Origin: Pseudovirgaria hyperparasitica
Lineage: Eukaryota
Strand: one strand, 5' to 3'
DNA length: 64,000 nt
Assembly: GCA_010093815.1 (NCBI GenBank)
Contig: ML996569.1
In this document: positions 14,701 through 28,333 of the stretch, piece after piece
How the letters are laid out: every line of letters begins with the position of its first letter
Position numbering within the stretch: the stretch's first letter is position 1
The notes under the pieces: model-generated
Told to the model about the DNA's origin: nothing
The model's input: the letters and a program-made list of their open reading frames with translations, nothing else
Database searches by the model: none
Position numbers and translations under genes: made by a program

Positions 14701-15196
14701 GTCACTCATGAGTCAGAGCCGTGGTAGAAACCTAGCATGTATGCAAGTCTGTTATACGATACCTACTATATATCCGAAAATCTGGAAACGTACGGAGCGC
14801 TTGGGTCGATGGTAAGCTGTCACAAAACCTACGTTCCCTTTGAAAATGTCCTACGGACGACTCATGATTTTTGAAACGTGACATTCCATTTATTTCAGGC
14901 GGTGATACTTCGGCATAGCGATTGAAGTGGTTGAGACCACACCATTTGAAGTCTACGGTTCATGACGACTGTTGGTACTGGTGCAAGTATTGTTATAACA
15001 AGATATCATCAGTATGAACAACAACTTTCTGCTAGTAGCCTCGTTCTTAATGGCCGATCCAACCACTGGTCGGCCCGATCACATCCGATCCGATGCCGCC
15101 GTCAGGGTCTCATGAATTCCTGAGCTAGGTTGAGGTTGAGCTTCAAGCTTCGCATCTGATGAACCTTCAATATTCTCGTTGGATAGTGCATTGACA

Positions 15197-16387
15197 ATGC
15201 GCTCCTGGCGAGTTGTGACTGTCAACTTCCAACAAGTCTTTTCACCAGCCCTCTGCATCCGCCACCATCTCCCAAGAACCGCAAAACATACATCGACCGC
15301 AGCCCTTCCGTCACGTCTCATCCAACGCCGAACCTTCCATGTCTCGCGTCCACGACAGATGCCGGAAATCTCGGCGGCGGCGGAAATGATCATCGTACCC
15401 AGCCACTATCTCCTCACTACACTTCATGGCTTCGGTCTGCCCTGGTTCGCCGCCATACCCGCCGGAGCCCTTCTTGTGCGCTGCCTCTTCCTTCTCATCT
15501 CCGAGATCCCTGCCGCGAAGCGCGCTCAGCGTTTGCACAACTACATCCTGCCTGTAGGCTACGCGCGACAGCCAGTCGTCGCGGAAGAGACTCGAAGGCA
15601 GTGGTCCCGGGTGACGAGAAATCGCGCGCTGATCAAAAAAGAGGTAGAGCTAGCAGTGAGAAAGGATGGAGAGCTGGTAAGGAAGAGATTTGGCGCAGAT
15701 AGCTGGTATCACGAACTAGCAAGGTTCGTGGCATTACAAACTGGGCAGTTGGCCGTTTTCCTTAGCATGGCAGAGACCGTGAGGAGGCTGTCGGGGGCGA
15801 AGATTGGGCTTCTAGGCATGCTTGCGAACTGGAGGTCTGGGTGGAAGCCTGATGCCGTGGATGGTGCGGTAGAAGCTGTCGGGACGACGGATGCTTCGCA
15901 GATTGCTGCTTCACCGGCAATTGACGTTTATTTCCCTCTTCAGACACTGGATGACTGCATCAGTGTACCTGCCAAGCCCTCAATCGCATCCACGATAACC
16001 ACATCCGCGCAGCCCCACGAATGGTTCGACCCGTCCATGGCCACGGAAGGCTTCCTCTGGTTCACGAATCTCTGCACCGCTGATCCCTCCGCGGTCGTCC
16101 TGCCCGGTCTAGTATGTCTCTCGATGCTGGCAAACATTCGCATGTCGAGCGGATTGCAGAGTATACGCGATACCAGCGGCCCGACTTTGGGCACCAGGAT
16201 TTTATCACTTCTCAGCATCGCTATCTTCCCGTTCATCAAGGACTTTCCGGCTGCGGTGCTGTATTACTGGTTTTGTAGCCAGTTCTTTCTTGGGACGAGT
16301 AGATTGTTGGTTCGGTGGTGGATACCAAAGTCGAATCCAGTGAAGTCTCGAAAGCCGCCGGTCGATCCACCTTCCTTCAAAGGCTGA
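15197..16387 (+). CDS. COX18: Mitochondrial inner-membrane insertase Cox18 (Oxa1/YidC family)
   Basis: Arg-rich presequence; LHGFGLPWFAAIP, SMATEGFLWFTNLCTADP, PAAVLYYWFCS are typical Oxa1/Cox18 motifs; no long Oxa1-type C-terminal tail. Confidence 0.8.
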   Translation: MRSWRVVTVNFQQVFSPALCIRHHLPRTAKHTSTAALPSRLIQRRTFHVSRPRQMPEISAAAEMIIVPSHYLLTTLHGFGLPWFAAIPAGALLVRCLFLLISEIPAAKRAQRLHNYILPVGYARQPVVAEETRRQWSRVTRNRALIKKEVELAVRKDGELVRKRFGADSWYHELARFVALQTGQLAVFLSMAETVRRLSGAKIGLLGMLANWRSGWKPDAVDGAVEAVGTTDASQIAASPAIDVYFPLQTLDDCISVPAKPSIASTITTSAQPHEWFDPSMATEGFLWFTNLCTADPSAVVLPGLVCLSMLANIRMSSGLQSIRDTSGPTLGTRILSLLSIAIFPFIKDFPAAVLYYWFCSQFFLGTSRLLVRWWIPKSNPVKSRKPPVDPPSFKG

Positions 16388-18535
16388 GGAAAAGATACCA
16401 GCTGGCAATAGAGTGATGGCCCGAGTGGTGTGTCCATTCACTGCGTGTGATCCTCAGACCAAATGAAGCTCAAAGGATACAGGGTCTATCTTCCATGACG
16501 ACTAGATCTGGGAACGCTCCTCGAATGCGAGGTAAGGGAGATTGGCTTGGACTGCTGGATACGTATCAGCTTTTCCCTAAATGGCTTCAAAGAGTCGCTT
16601 CTACGCCTGAGCTACGGACCGTGACCCAACCTCATCAGCCACTGGTATACACATCACCAACAGCAAATCCGAGACAAAGAACATCCAGAAGCCCACACCT
16701 AGTGGTAGTGTTTGCTCGCCTGCGTCTAATGCAATTTGGGCACGAATGACAAATGACCCAGCGCACAATTAAGCGCCTCACATCATTCGCTGCGTGGCTC
16801 CAAAAGAGACCGGGAAGCTTCTCTAAGTGGTAAAAAATGTTTGATGAGCCTAGCCACAGAGATAGTACAAATAGATATCTACCTCTATCCCATCATGAAA
16901 TCATATGATCAATGTCCGCTCTCATATTATGCCCAAGTCCAGGGCTGTGTCATCTCGTGTTACGTAGAAGGGGGATGTGTATCAGAAACATGTGCTAGAT
17001 GTGTTAGTCTTCTTCAAGTAAGATGATTGTCAGTATTCTCACCTCGATCATTGATTTTACCGATCAATATGTTCTGGAATCTGTATCGGTAAAAGCAAGC
17101 TATACATGCTATCATGTCTAGCCATCTGAGCCAAGACGCCAATCATGAACAGAGTAGAGGACGAGATGTGTAGGGACGAGAGTATCGCGAGGGAGGGGTA
17201 CGGCTACATATTCAGAATATTCAGAATATGGCTTGAAGATAAGTCGATGTGTAGATAGCTGGTTTTGTCTGTTTATACTAGCCTTTGCGTCGCTCAAGGA
17301 TCAATGAGCATGAGAATCGAGAATGTAAGGGGCTTGATCTTGTCGATTATATAAAACTCGACACAGACAGGCCGGGCAAGCAGTGGAGCAGGTAGAAGAA
17401 CCTGACAAAAATACGGACACACGGTCTTGCCAAATGGCTCCTACAGATCAAAATGACATTCGAGATTCATTAACACGTGATGATAAGGATAGTTTGTTAG
17501 GATACCATTGTAGTAGTGAGGATAATGGATCTTACTGCTGGTCAATGGCGTTGTATCAATCATCTTTCGAGTTTCTGCCGGGCAACAGCGACAAGTCAAG
17601 GGTTTGGACTGAAGAATAAACAATAGTACAGTCGTACCCTGATAACTTGGAGGAAGATAGAAATTCAGACTGCCTGCTGAATGGGCGGTCATGATCATAT
17701 AACGAATCCTGTCAGCTTGTCTCACGGTCTGGTTCGAGTAGAATCCTACTGGTACGGTTAGAACGAATGTCCCAATTGTATTCAGACGCTTAGACTGCTT
17801 CGGATGGAACATGATATTTCTCCTGAGTCACCGCTCGAAGCAAGTATTCTTCTATTGGACATCTGAACGAGAGACAGACAGACAGAGTGGTTCATGGTGA
17901 CGTAGCCTGCGCGATATACGAGGCCGATTACGCAAGTGAATCCCATCTATGTTCCTATTCTTTTGCGAGTGGAAAGGTAGTGGAGGGCTATGTTCCAGGG
18001 GGTCTCTTGCCATGATTCACTTGCGGGCTACTACCTTTTCTTACATTTCGAGAAGTTGGACTGAATACCATGTATTACTATTGTATTTCCAATTGCGTTC
18101 TCTGATTCATGTTCCGCGAGTGGACTAACCTTGAAAGATTGAGGGACTCGCCGCAGCCGTGTTCTGTCCGAATAGCACTGTTAGCGCAGAACACAGCTTT
18201 CATTGAGTGAATGCAACCCCGGGCCTCGGAGCTGTATGATTCGCTGGCTGCAGGCTTACAGGAAAAGTGAATCTCTGTTTTGCAGTTGTGCTTGCCTGTA
18301 CTCGCCTGTGCTCTGGTTGATAGTTCATCATCAATAAGTAACACCTATTGTGCCCCGACAATAGAACCCCTAACAACGCTCAATACAAGAATTAAGCTCG
18401 GACTCATCCATCCAGTGATAACTCTACTATAAGAACCTCCCACCTCTCTGCCCTTCTTCCATCCTCAGACCTCTCACTACAACCTCCTCAAACACCCAAT
18501 TCCTCAACCCACAACCACCACTGCCCTCCTCTCCA

Positions 18536-19375
18536 ATGGCCGTCACCACAAGAAGAAATCGCCAGCCAACCCGCCGCTTCGACCCCGACCCTCCCACCAC
18601 CAAGCCCACCCTCAAGCGCAAAGCAGAGACTCCCGTACCGGCCAGCGGAGCAGCTGGATCTGCTCCGCGTAAGCGCCAGAAAGTCACTGTCCAGGCTGCC
18701 CCTTCCGCCATTCCACCTCCCCGCCACGCCACAAATCTGCCTCTCATCACCCTTTCCCCCGACCCCTCCCGGCCCTGGGTGTCATTTGCGGTGGGCAGCG
18801 CGCAGTAAAGGGCGGTTCTCTCGCGGGACCGGATCACCGTAAGTTTTTCCCTGCTCAACATTCATCGATTTCGGGCTGTTGGCTAACGAGATGTATAGCG
18901 GCTCGCCGAGTTCAGTGTCCGGGATGTGGTGCTCTGCCTTGGCGCGCCTGGAGCGCGCTATCGCATCATCGGGGGTCCGCACTGGGTGCCGGTGTGCAAG
19001 GGGCTGGCGTACAGCCTGGAGCGTCTGAGTCCTGTGTCAGAGAGGGAGCCAGCACCGGCGCCGGAAGTTGTGAGGCAGGGGGCTTTGAGCCTTCTGAGAA
19101 GAGTGAGTTTGCTTTCGACGTCTTGGTACATGGAGACTGACAGGGGTAGGGTGCTCGTGGAGATGGTGTTCGCTCTGGAGAGAGGCGTGGAGCTCGGGGG
19201 TTGTTGCAGGTGCCCAGGAGGGCGGATGTGGAGGAGAGGAGTGTTTATTGGGGGTGTAGGGTGTAGATTTTGTGCTCCCAGGAGGGGAGAAGGGTTGTTG
19301 TGTCCGTTGGATAGGGCTCTAGAAGGCATACTCGATCGATATCGAGGAGATGTAGAAATGCTATGCTTCAATTGA
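18536..19375 (+). pseudogene. Hypothetical two-exon gene with an in-frame TAA
   Basis: ATG 18536, TAA 18806-18808, 10 further codons, then intron 18839-18898 (GTAAGT..GCTAAC..TAG) splicing in frame to ORF 18926-19375. Confidence 0.55.
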
Positions 19376-19607
19376 CGATCTTTACATCCTTGAGTTATAT
19401 TCCATACTAAGTATGCACGAGTATTGTGACAGCTACAGACATGTCACACCACCAGATCTGAAGTACTGCGCGGGGTCGAGCCAGAACACTTTCGGTCGTA
19501 TGATACTATTAGGAGTCGAGGATATCGATAAAGCGAGTTAACATTCCATTCATCATTAAAGACCGACAATACTTCTTCTTCTTCTTCTTTACTTGATAAG
19601 AATCGAC

Positions 19608-20718
19608 ATGAGCGCTGCAGTTATACAGTCAAGTCATTCCGATGACTTTAAGAAGCCACAAAGTGCTCCGAGGGATTATGCTTTCGTTCGGGAATGGAAT
19701 GATGCAGTTAGGTACGTGAGATATGTTACTTCCGAATATACATGTTAATGACATTACTGCTAGACTCGCGCAGCAGCATTGGATATGGTCCTATATCATG
19801 GATGAGAAGTACCCGCTACATCCAGCAGCACAAGCTCTTGTCAGCGCGGACAATCCCACTCGTGAGCCGGTCCATATAGCAGATGTCGGCTGTGGAAACG
19901 GGTTGGTCTGTATATCGACAGATGCGTGAGATTCTAACACCATATTACAGGACCTGGCTTCTTGACTTGTACCGCAAGATGCCTCAAACCATGTGCGACA
20001 AAGTGTTTTACGTGGGGACGGATCTTTCGTCGGACTATCTGCCACCGACTGGGGACATGCCACAGAACATGACGTTTTCTACCCTTGATTTGTATGGTGA
20101 CATGCCGGCCGACTTTATCGGAAAGTTCGACGTTGTCCATATCCGCATGTTTGCGGTAGTGGTCAAGGGTAATGATCCAACATCTTTGTTGCAGAACGTT
20201 GTGAAGATGCTGAAGCCAGGTGGTATCCTCCAGTACGATCTCACTCTGACGTGTGGTATCCTGTTGACATTTCCCAGATGGGACGAGATGGCAGTCGCAT
20301 CCTGCAGGGCCATCGCTTCAATCAATGGTGTCAGTACGATGGCTTCGGAGGAGTGGATCAAGGCCCTCTTTGAGAAGTTCAAGATTAGTTTCGACTCGTC
20401 ATACGAGTAGGACACGCCTGCTACCACTTTCTAGAACATGGACGCTGACAAATGTATAGATGGATCCTACATCTGAGCGAATACTTTGAGACAGTGGGTC
20501 TGAAGATCGTTGACTCAGTGCACATGGAATGTCCGAAGGAGCTTCGACGAACCATGACCAGTAACATCATCACAGCTTCTGAAAATCTGTCACGATCTAT
20601 GTCCAGAGATGAAAGCTGGATTGGCAAATGGAGTGCGATGATGGCAGAGGTCAACCAGGGTGTCTGTATGGTTCAAGATACGGTGATGGTGGTCGGACAG
20701 AAGCCTACTATATCGTAA
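19608..20718 (+). CDS. Class I SAM-dependent methyltransferase (LaeA-like family), ~5 exons
   Basis: RLAQQHWIW, IADVGCGNG/TWLLDL, GTDLSSDYLP, KFDVVHIRMF, LKPGGILQ/WDE; introns approx 19712-19762, 19902-19950, 20233-20277 and one near 20410-20459. Confidence 0.88.
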
Positions 20719-22796
20719 ATCTGACAAGCACTGCCACATAATGATATAGTAGACTCGTAGTCACCACAGCACGCGTTAGCTTTTTGGTCAGAAAGGGGCA
20801 CTTCAGTGAGGCTCTTGACACACGATGTACCAACCTCCTGCAGTGTAGATATCCCCAGAGCATCTTTAACGTGCTATGTTCATGTTAACAAGCGCAAAAA
20901 TACTACAGCATCAATAATATAGTGAGCCTTCTACTTGTCAGCCCATGTCTGGTGCATCATCGGGAGCCCCAACCGTGCACCTAGAGACCCTAACCACGGT
21001 CCGAGCCTCGCTTGGTGCGCCTGTATGGCTCAAGCTTCGAAGTTCGACGATCTAAATTTTTCGTCTGCTTAGCCATAAGGAGGATGGACTGCTCTCCTAT
21101 CTAGATCAGTTTCATGTTGGAGTTCACTCTGCAGCTTATCAATCGACACTACGACCCCCCCAGCTCCTCATCCTGTTGGCTCCACGTGTAAATTAAGCTT
21201 ACAACCAGACGCCCTACTAACCTAACCAAGTAAGGACTCGCTCTGGTTTAGCGAGACCCAACAATTAACTACCTCACTATAGCGATCGAAGCTACAGCAG
21301 AATGACAGCTGGTTTTCCTGGTGGAGCTAATACGATGGATGCTTCGCAGTCCCTTCCTTTCAGTCCTCTTCCGTTGAGGTGCATCTGAAGAATTATATCA
21401 GTAGACTCACACAAGATTGACGGGTATCCTGTCCACCACGCTTCATGCAAGTGTTGAATGTTCATCACCATCCTATAGTCCCAATTACGGTAATACGTGC
21501 GAGCTAAAGATCGATCATCGGGTGGTCTCATTAGCTGGGTCACGCATGGTACTGAGCACGGTGGGGAAACGGAAACTTTTCGCCGTTCTCGTCAACTTTT
21601 TGTCTCCATCAAGTCTCCATCAAGCCTGCTCGGTGACCCGGCAATGCCGATCTCAGACGGTCTATGGTGCTATGACGTTTCAATTGACCGTGCAAGGCTG
21701 TGCTGCCTTGACTCCAACGGTCGCGCGGCAATACACGCGCGTCTAGTACCCTCAATGCATTCATGATAGGATCACAGACCACAATGCTGTACACGGACGC
21801 AGAATACTACCCTAGTTACAACATCTTGGATATTTTGAGGTCCAGGTTGGGCTAGTCTACGGTCACGTTGTCACACTTTATACCTAATCTCACATGCAGC
21901 GCTCGATGCTTTATTGGTCTGCTGGAATCCTTAACATGGCATTTGTGGAACCGATAGCCCTCCTTCTATCTCGCCTCCATGGTGCGTCACTCGAGAATCC
22001 ATCCAAGGGTCACCGTCCCTGTTAAGCGATATCAGCCACGCTGGGTACGGCTATTTCCAGCATCCTAGCGGACATATTTGAGTCATCTGAAACATATCCA
22101 TTTAGTCAGACTATGTGAAACGTTGGGGTGTAGTATTGTCTGTTATTGCCTACACCGGACTGCAACCGTCCATCACATATGTCAATTGGCGTCAGATGTC
22201 AAGGTCCATTACCACGTTGTATGGCGAAGCACGCGAGTACGCCAATTAGAGGTGCAATTAGCCGAGCCTAAGTATTGAATACTCCAGCCTTGAAAATCTG
22301 GGTCTGGTCCTGCAGGCGGCCAGGGGTGATTGGCGTGCGGGAGGGATGCACAGGTCTGCCTGGTGGTCTGCCTAGCCTTGGCAGCCGCGGCTCAACGAAG
22401 GTAAGATCAACCCCCCTGTGGACGGAAACAATAGCAATCGGCATCTCGGTCTGAATATGGTTCCATACCCCGGCCGCATAGGACCCTATATGCTTAATAT
22501 CATGGTCTCAGTTGATGATAGTTCAGGAGTTTCATGTGTCCAAATAGTACGTCCCATAGCCCTGGGAGGCCCCCCAAAGAGTAGAATCATTGTGACCGTC
22601 CTAGATATCGTGACAAAAACAAACATCACAGATCTCTTGCAGAGCAAGCCACCTGCAAGCTAACATAGAGCCCTGCAAAAGAATGCGAAGTGTGATATGG
22701 CTGTGTCAGCTTACAATCGCTCGTAAGAAGTCACACCAATATCGAATCCAAGCCATGAACTCCTTTACCCATGCCCCTCTCGCTAAAAGTACGAAC

Positions 22797-23791
22797 TCAA
22801 CGACTCCCATATCCTGGTGCAGTTCGATAATATGTGGAATAATCGACCCCCGAGTACAATATTGGATCAGGGTATGCAGTGCTTGTGGATGGCGAATACC
22901 CCATAGAAGTGGCAGCAGTGTGTGATACTGAGCCAACCTGGGGGTAGGCGTAGTTGTATGTTGCAGGAGTGACTATGGCTTGCTCTACCTCTCCATAGGT
23001 AAAGGCATAGTTAGGTCCAGGACTTGTATAGTTCGTGTTGTACCAAGTCATGGCCTCGTCTGAAGAAACGGGCATCATTGATGACATCCTCTCTGGAGCT
23101 GGAGTATCGTTTTCTAGAGACAGTGTGTCGTTTTCTAGAGACAGTTCTGATGGTGAACTAGCTGATGCGTACATGTTTGGGCTGGTTGGAGGCGTTTTGT
23201 ACGTTAGATATGGAGGGATTTCTGCAATTGTTAGCATGCCGATAGTTGACATAACGATGATGAATCTAAACCTACGAACTTCTTCGAACATATCATCCTT
23301 TGTTATCTTGCCCTTCTTCCGCGCTTCACTCTCATACCGGTCAATTTTTGCTTGGGAAATCAGTTCACCGCGTAAGAAGAATTCTGTCCGGATGCCTGGG
23401 CGTTCTCGTTCCCTCTCACGCCTTTTCTTCAGCATTGCTTTGTAGTCAGACCCTCCAGTTCTCTTCTTCATGCCCCACTTTCGGAGCTGACTCTTCCACT
23501 GCTTTTCGCTGGGACCAGTATCAGCTGGAATGTTGAGAAAATAAGGAATACCGGAACATACGTTGCATGAAAAGCGTAAGTGTCTTCCATGTATGTCATC
23601 ACAGTCCTTAATTCCTGCTGAGCATATAGTTGTTCGATTTCTGCTCTGTGGCTGTTCCAGTCCCGCTGGTGTAGGGTCTGGCGAGGTTGACTTTGCCGAT
23701 CAAACATGTGGATGTTGAACTGATTGTGATGATGTATCCAGAAGTCCATTTTGGGTTCTTCGGTCTTGATATGTATAGGTGCTTCGACCAT
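22797..23791 (-). CDS. Clr5 domain-containing protein
   Basis: DWNSHRAEIEQLYAQQELRTVMTYMEDTYAFHAT /intron/ RKQWKSQLRKWGMKK matches the Clr5 domain pattern; second intron near 23285-23225; 3' end uncertain. Confidence 0.75.
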
Positions 23792-26700
23792 CTGGATCTG
23801 TCTCAGGTGAAACTTATGGAGGTAACAAGGCGACTAGGCAACCGAGCCAACAGCTTAATGAAGAAGTCCCGGAGTAGAAAGGCTCCAGATATAGCAGTGT
23901 GACAGAAATGTACCCTTCAGCGAGTCAGGAAAGGTGACGTAAACAACTGTTGTACAGTGCCGCTCTATGCAATGCTAGTAGACCAACGGTTCATGGGCTC
24001 CAAGCAGATCGAATGGCAAATGATTGCAGAGAGGTCAACGCAACGTCCAACACTGGTGCCGTAAGTCGAAGAAGCAGTGACGAACAAACATGGAATGAAC
24101 CTACATGTGGCGTATGCTTGATTCTTGAGGGTCGGCAAGCCGGGAGAACGTGGGGAGCATATATCGACATCTTGAGACGGGTATGAACGACGACACTAAC
24201 CCAGAGCAACGGTTCTGATGATCCCTGGGGGGGCCAAGGAGTGGCTGTTGGCTCAGGAGGGGGGGGAGGGAGAGGAGAACTTTGAATTGGCCAAGAAGCC
24301 GTAGCCCCCATTATGGTTGTCTGCTCCGATCATCTAGCCTGTTCACACTTATCACGATGTGCTTATGGTTTTGTCTTCACTTAAGTCAGCCTCAGCTCTG
24401 CCAAATGGGGTTTGAAGCGCGAGCTGTTTTAACGCCTTTTTTCGGCCACTCGCCGGGTGAAGCTGGGTCCGTGCGCTCCGTGCGTCTGTCGTCGACGAGC
24501 ATAATGAGAAACACGCCGCCCGATCTCATGAACACCGCCCATTCCTAATTCTAAACTTGTCCAGTAATTCGCGAACTCATCCGATATAATTATAGCACCC
24601 ACAAGCCATCGACTTATTCATCCACCCAGCGTCTACCAGTTCCACCACCAGCCTCGAAGGCGTCGCAACACGCTACGCAAGTGCCATGCATAACTCGACA
24701 GCTTTACGCAGTCATTGTAGGTTGTACCGCAACGGTATTGGATAGATACACTTCGGCACCGACAGGCCCGAATCTATTTCCTATCGCCGCATCTTGACCT
24801 CTTGGGAAAGGACGAATGCTTCAAGCTGTCTAGCAGGATACAATGCAACAAGACCTGCTGTCCTAATCAGTGTCTCTTACTCAACTGACATAGCCACAAA
24901 GCGTGGAATTTGGATGCAGAAATCGTCGTACTAAGGTCAAATTTCAGGGCAGGGCCCACCAAGACATCCTTAATAGGGATTTGGACGAAACTTGATCGTC
25001 GCACTGCCCATTTCATGCGCCTCTGGAGCATCCAATGGTTCTGTAGTCAGGTCGACGAAGCCAAGGTACGTATTCTATACAGTGCGAACTATATACTCGT
25101 TAGAATAGTCAGAAAGTTCTGAGCTAATTGCAGATGATTCTTCCATTGGTAGCTGCATTCGTGTTGATATTGCGGCCCCCGTCACAGACCCTATCCTAAG
25201 TTGCCGAACCTGACTACCAGAGCAACTGATTGCAACAAACGATCTAAGTTGCGGTAACAAGCGCTTCCTATTTTGATTCTAGAAAGATATGTTTCTGTCG
25301 ACCGTTTCACGCCCAAAAATTACGAGGCTTAGACCATCTTATGTGCTATATGTTGTGAGATCACGTTTCCAGCGTTTCTATGCTGCTCGTCCTCTCGCTT
25401 GTATTGCCTTATTTGTTATATGCTACTAAACGGTAAACACGAAAGTAAAGCCGGTATTTTAAGGTCTGCGTCGTGCAAGATCGCAGAACTGACTACCATT
25501 GAAGATATGTATCAGATCGTGAAAGGCTCAGGACAATTCACAGCTACGTTGAATGCTAGCCTCCGAGTCCGGCAGGTCCTGAGGTGTTGGAAAACCATCC
25601 TCTTCTCGGCGTAGCATCTATACCCGGTTCCAAATATGGTAATTCGGCGCCGGGAGCTGGTATGCTTATGCTTGTTGTATGTGGGTTCTGTGAAAGCGGA
25701 TATTCCGCACTCGCACTTCATCCAACACTATCATCCCTCGGTCTCTACGGGTATGTTGGTATGAACCAAAAATTTCATTTGCAAAGTTCTGTAGTGCAAG
25801 TGTTTTCGGTACCCGCGGGTACTGCGTGGAGAACGCCTTGCCACTAATTAGTCAGAAGAAAAGAAACCGGCTATCCCCTTCGTGCTCCAACAGCAGCTAG
25901 CAGCACTGACAGCTCTGCAATCGATTTCAGCCCCAATGACAGAATGCTAAATTACGACTTCGATGTATAACAGAAGATATCATGTGCGTTGTACAAGCTC
26001 GAGTCATCTCGTGGCACCGAGCGTTTACTTTTGAGGATTCGATCGGTGCAATATGCCGTACGCCACCGCTAATCACAAGTCAGCAAAGCTTAGATACTAT
26101 TAGCTTCAATAGACTGCTTCCCGTACCTACGGGTACAGTGACCAGAATATGGTCTCAAGTTACAAAAATGACCAGAACATGACCATGGAATATTTCTTAA
26201 TACTAGCGCTATGATATGGAGGACCACTAAATAGGCAAAATGCTTCGACTATGAATCCGAATTCCAATTTTGGAACTCCATGTTTCAATTGACACCAGTC
26301 TAAAAAAGATGTGTTGGTTTGACCAGATGCGGATAAGAATGCTGACACCAGAAATACTTCTTTCTGCAACTCATCATACCTCAGTCCAGTCGTCGATATT
26401 TGAGAATGGACAGCTCTGCCTGGACGGTTACAATGTCCAATTCCGCTATCAAATCCAAGGACGTAGGTGCTTCTAACCATCAAACTTGGTCGTCGCGAGT
26501 GTGCTAACTGCTCGTCAACACCAAGACACTACCATATGGCGAGTTCCCCCATGACGCTGGCGTCCTCAACTGTGGCTATACGATGCGTCGATGGCTGAAT
26601 CAAGAACAAGGAGAAGAAGAATGGATATCAAATGAAATTGTCGATACAAAGTCTACCAGCCAGAGCGTCAAGCACTGCAGTGCTGACGGACGGACGGGAT

Positions 26701-26840
26701 ATGAGACAGGAATGTGACGTAGAAAGATTTATTGGGTATCTGTTTTAAAAAGGACGCTAAACGCTTTTGCTTCCCGTCATCTATTTCTTGAATTGGCTAT
26801 GTATTTTCGGAAGATTCAAAAGATTGTCAATCTTGGTAAA

Positions 26841-28333
26841 TCAGAATTGAACATCTTCTTTATAGTAGTGGTCGGCCACAATCCTGTAAAGATAAGTTGG
26901 AGCATGGCCCCCGATATTAGTGATATACAAGGTGACGAGGTCGGCTGGAACATAGTCATAGAGCGGGTTCATGACTTCAAAATGCTCAACGGCATATCCA
27001 TCCGAGAAGTCAACAACATTGCCGGGGTCTCCGTACTCAATGAGCTCTTCGTCGTTGAAAGGATAGACAGGGCTGAGCTTGTAAACGGGACTGAGAACGT
27101 ACACTGGAGTACGATGAGCTTTTGCGAGCGTAGCGATGATGCTAGCGCCGCTCGCTGCTAACAATGCACCATTTGCAAGCACTGCATGAGTCGCAAGTAT
27201 GACCGTGTTGATCCGCGGCATTATTGCAGAAATTTGGGAATCGGATATGACAACGGTCTCTATGCCTGCAGCATGTAGCGGTTTGAACCGGTCTTCGCCC
27301 TCCAGTTCGTCAGTGACCTTGCGTCGACCATTAAGCACGGTATCGTGCGTCTCTTCAGCGTCATTGGGGGATCCCTCCGCGACTATGACGGTAAACTTCC
27401 GTTTCCTCGCGACTGTTAGTAAGAATTTCTGGACTGTCGTTGAGACAGAATGTATCAGAATCATCTCATTCGCATGGATATGGTCCATAGCAAAACCAGC
27501 AATCTGGTCATCTGCTTGTTGGAGTTCATCCGCCAGTTCGTTGATGCCTTCGATGACCTCAGCTTTGAGATTGATTTTCCCACCACTTCTGTTAGTTCCG
27601 ACGGTGAAGTCCTGAGCAGTAGGTACGCGCGGTGTGATGGTTCCCGTGGTGGCTAAAGGAGTCATGGACGGTGAGGGGGTATCTGACTGCTGAAAGATTC
27701 CAAATAATGAATTTCCCATTGGCATCGTCCCTTGTGCATATGAAGTGGCTGAAGAAATAAGTTGTGGCCTAGAGGGGAGCTCAATCGAATCTGACAAGTT
27801 TTCGCTCATAGGTATATCTACGGGTTGAGTTGCTCCATGTTTCAGAGGACTGAAGGCCGAAATTGTGGAGGGTAGAGGTGGTCTCTGGGGATGAGACAGC
27901 CCGTCTTGTTCTTGTTGAGGGCTCAGAGCTCCGCTTGGCGTTGTATTCGATACGTCGTCTGCGTTATCCTTTGCAACCTCCCTTACTAGACCCAACACAC
28001 GGCGCACGATATTTCCCACTACCATTTCTCTGGGCTGTGCATTGATGAGTCTTTGGCCGACTTCTCGGACTCGTCGAAGTAGACCGTCCGCATCACTACC
28101 GTTGTATTGTCCCACAACTCGCAATAAAAGTTCGGTCGTCGCGATTGCGCAAGGTCGGGAGTTTCGGATCTGTCGACGCTTGAGAAGTCTGGTGTGACTC
28201 AGTACATGTAATTTCAGAACTCTAGAGCAACATACGATATGAGTAGCTCTATAGCTGGCTCGGCTGGCTTTGTCTTCAGAGACTTCAGGAACGAGGTCAG
28301 ACCTGGTGTGATAGAGGTTGTGGGAGTGCTCAT
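26841..28333 (-). CDS. GCD7: Translation initiation factor eIF2B beta subunit
   Basis: ATG 28333 MSTPTTSITPGLTSFLKSLK, intron 28189-28235, LLKRRQI..AQPREMVVGNIVRRVL..DHIHANEMILIHS..HAVLANG..YKLSPVYPF..DYVPADLVTLYITNIGGHAPTYLYRIVADHY. Confidence 0.95.

Noticed and set aside
20980..21235. Telomere-like CCCTAA/CTAAC words
   Set aside because: Isolated copies, not a tandem array
24490..24550. 5S rRNA-like fragment (..gcccgatctc..)
   Set aside because: Match too short; the rest of the 5S sequence is absent
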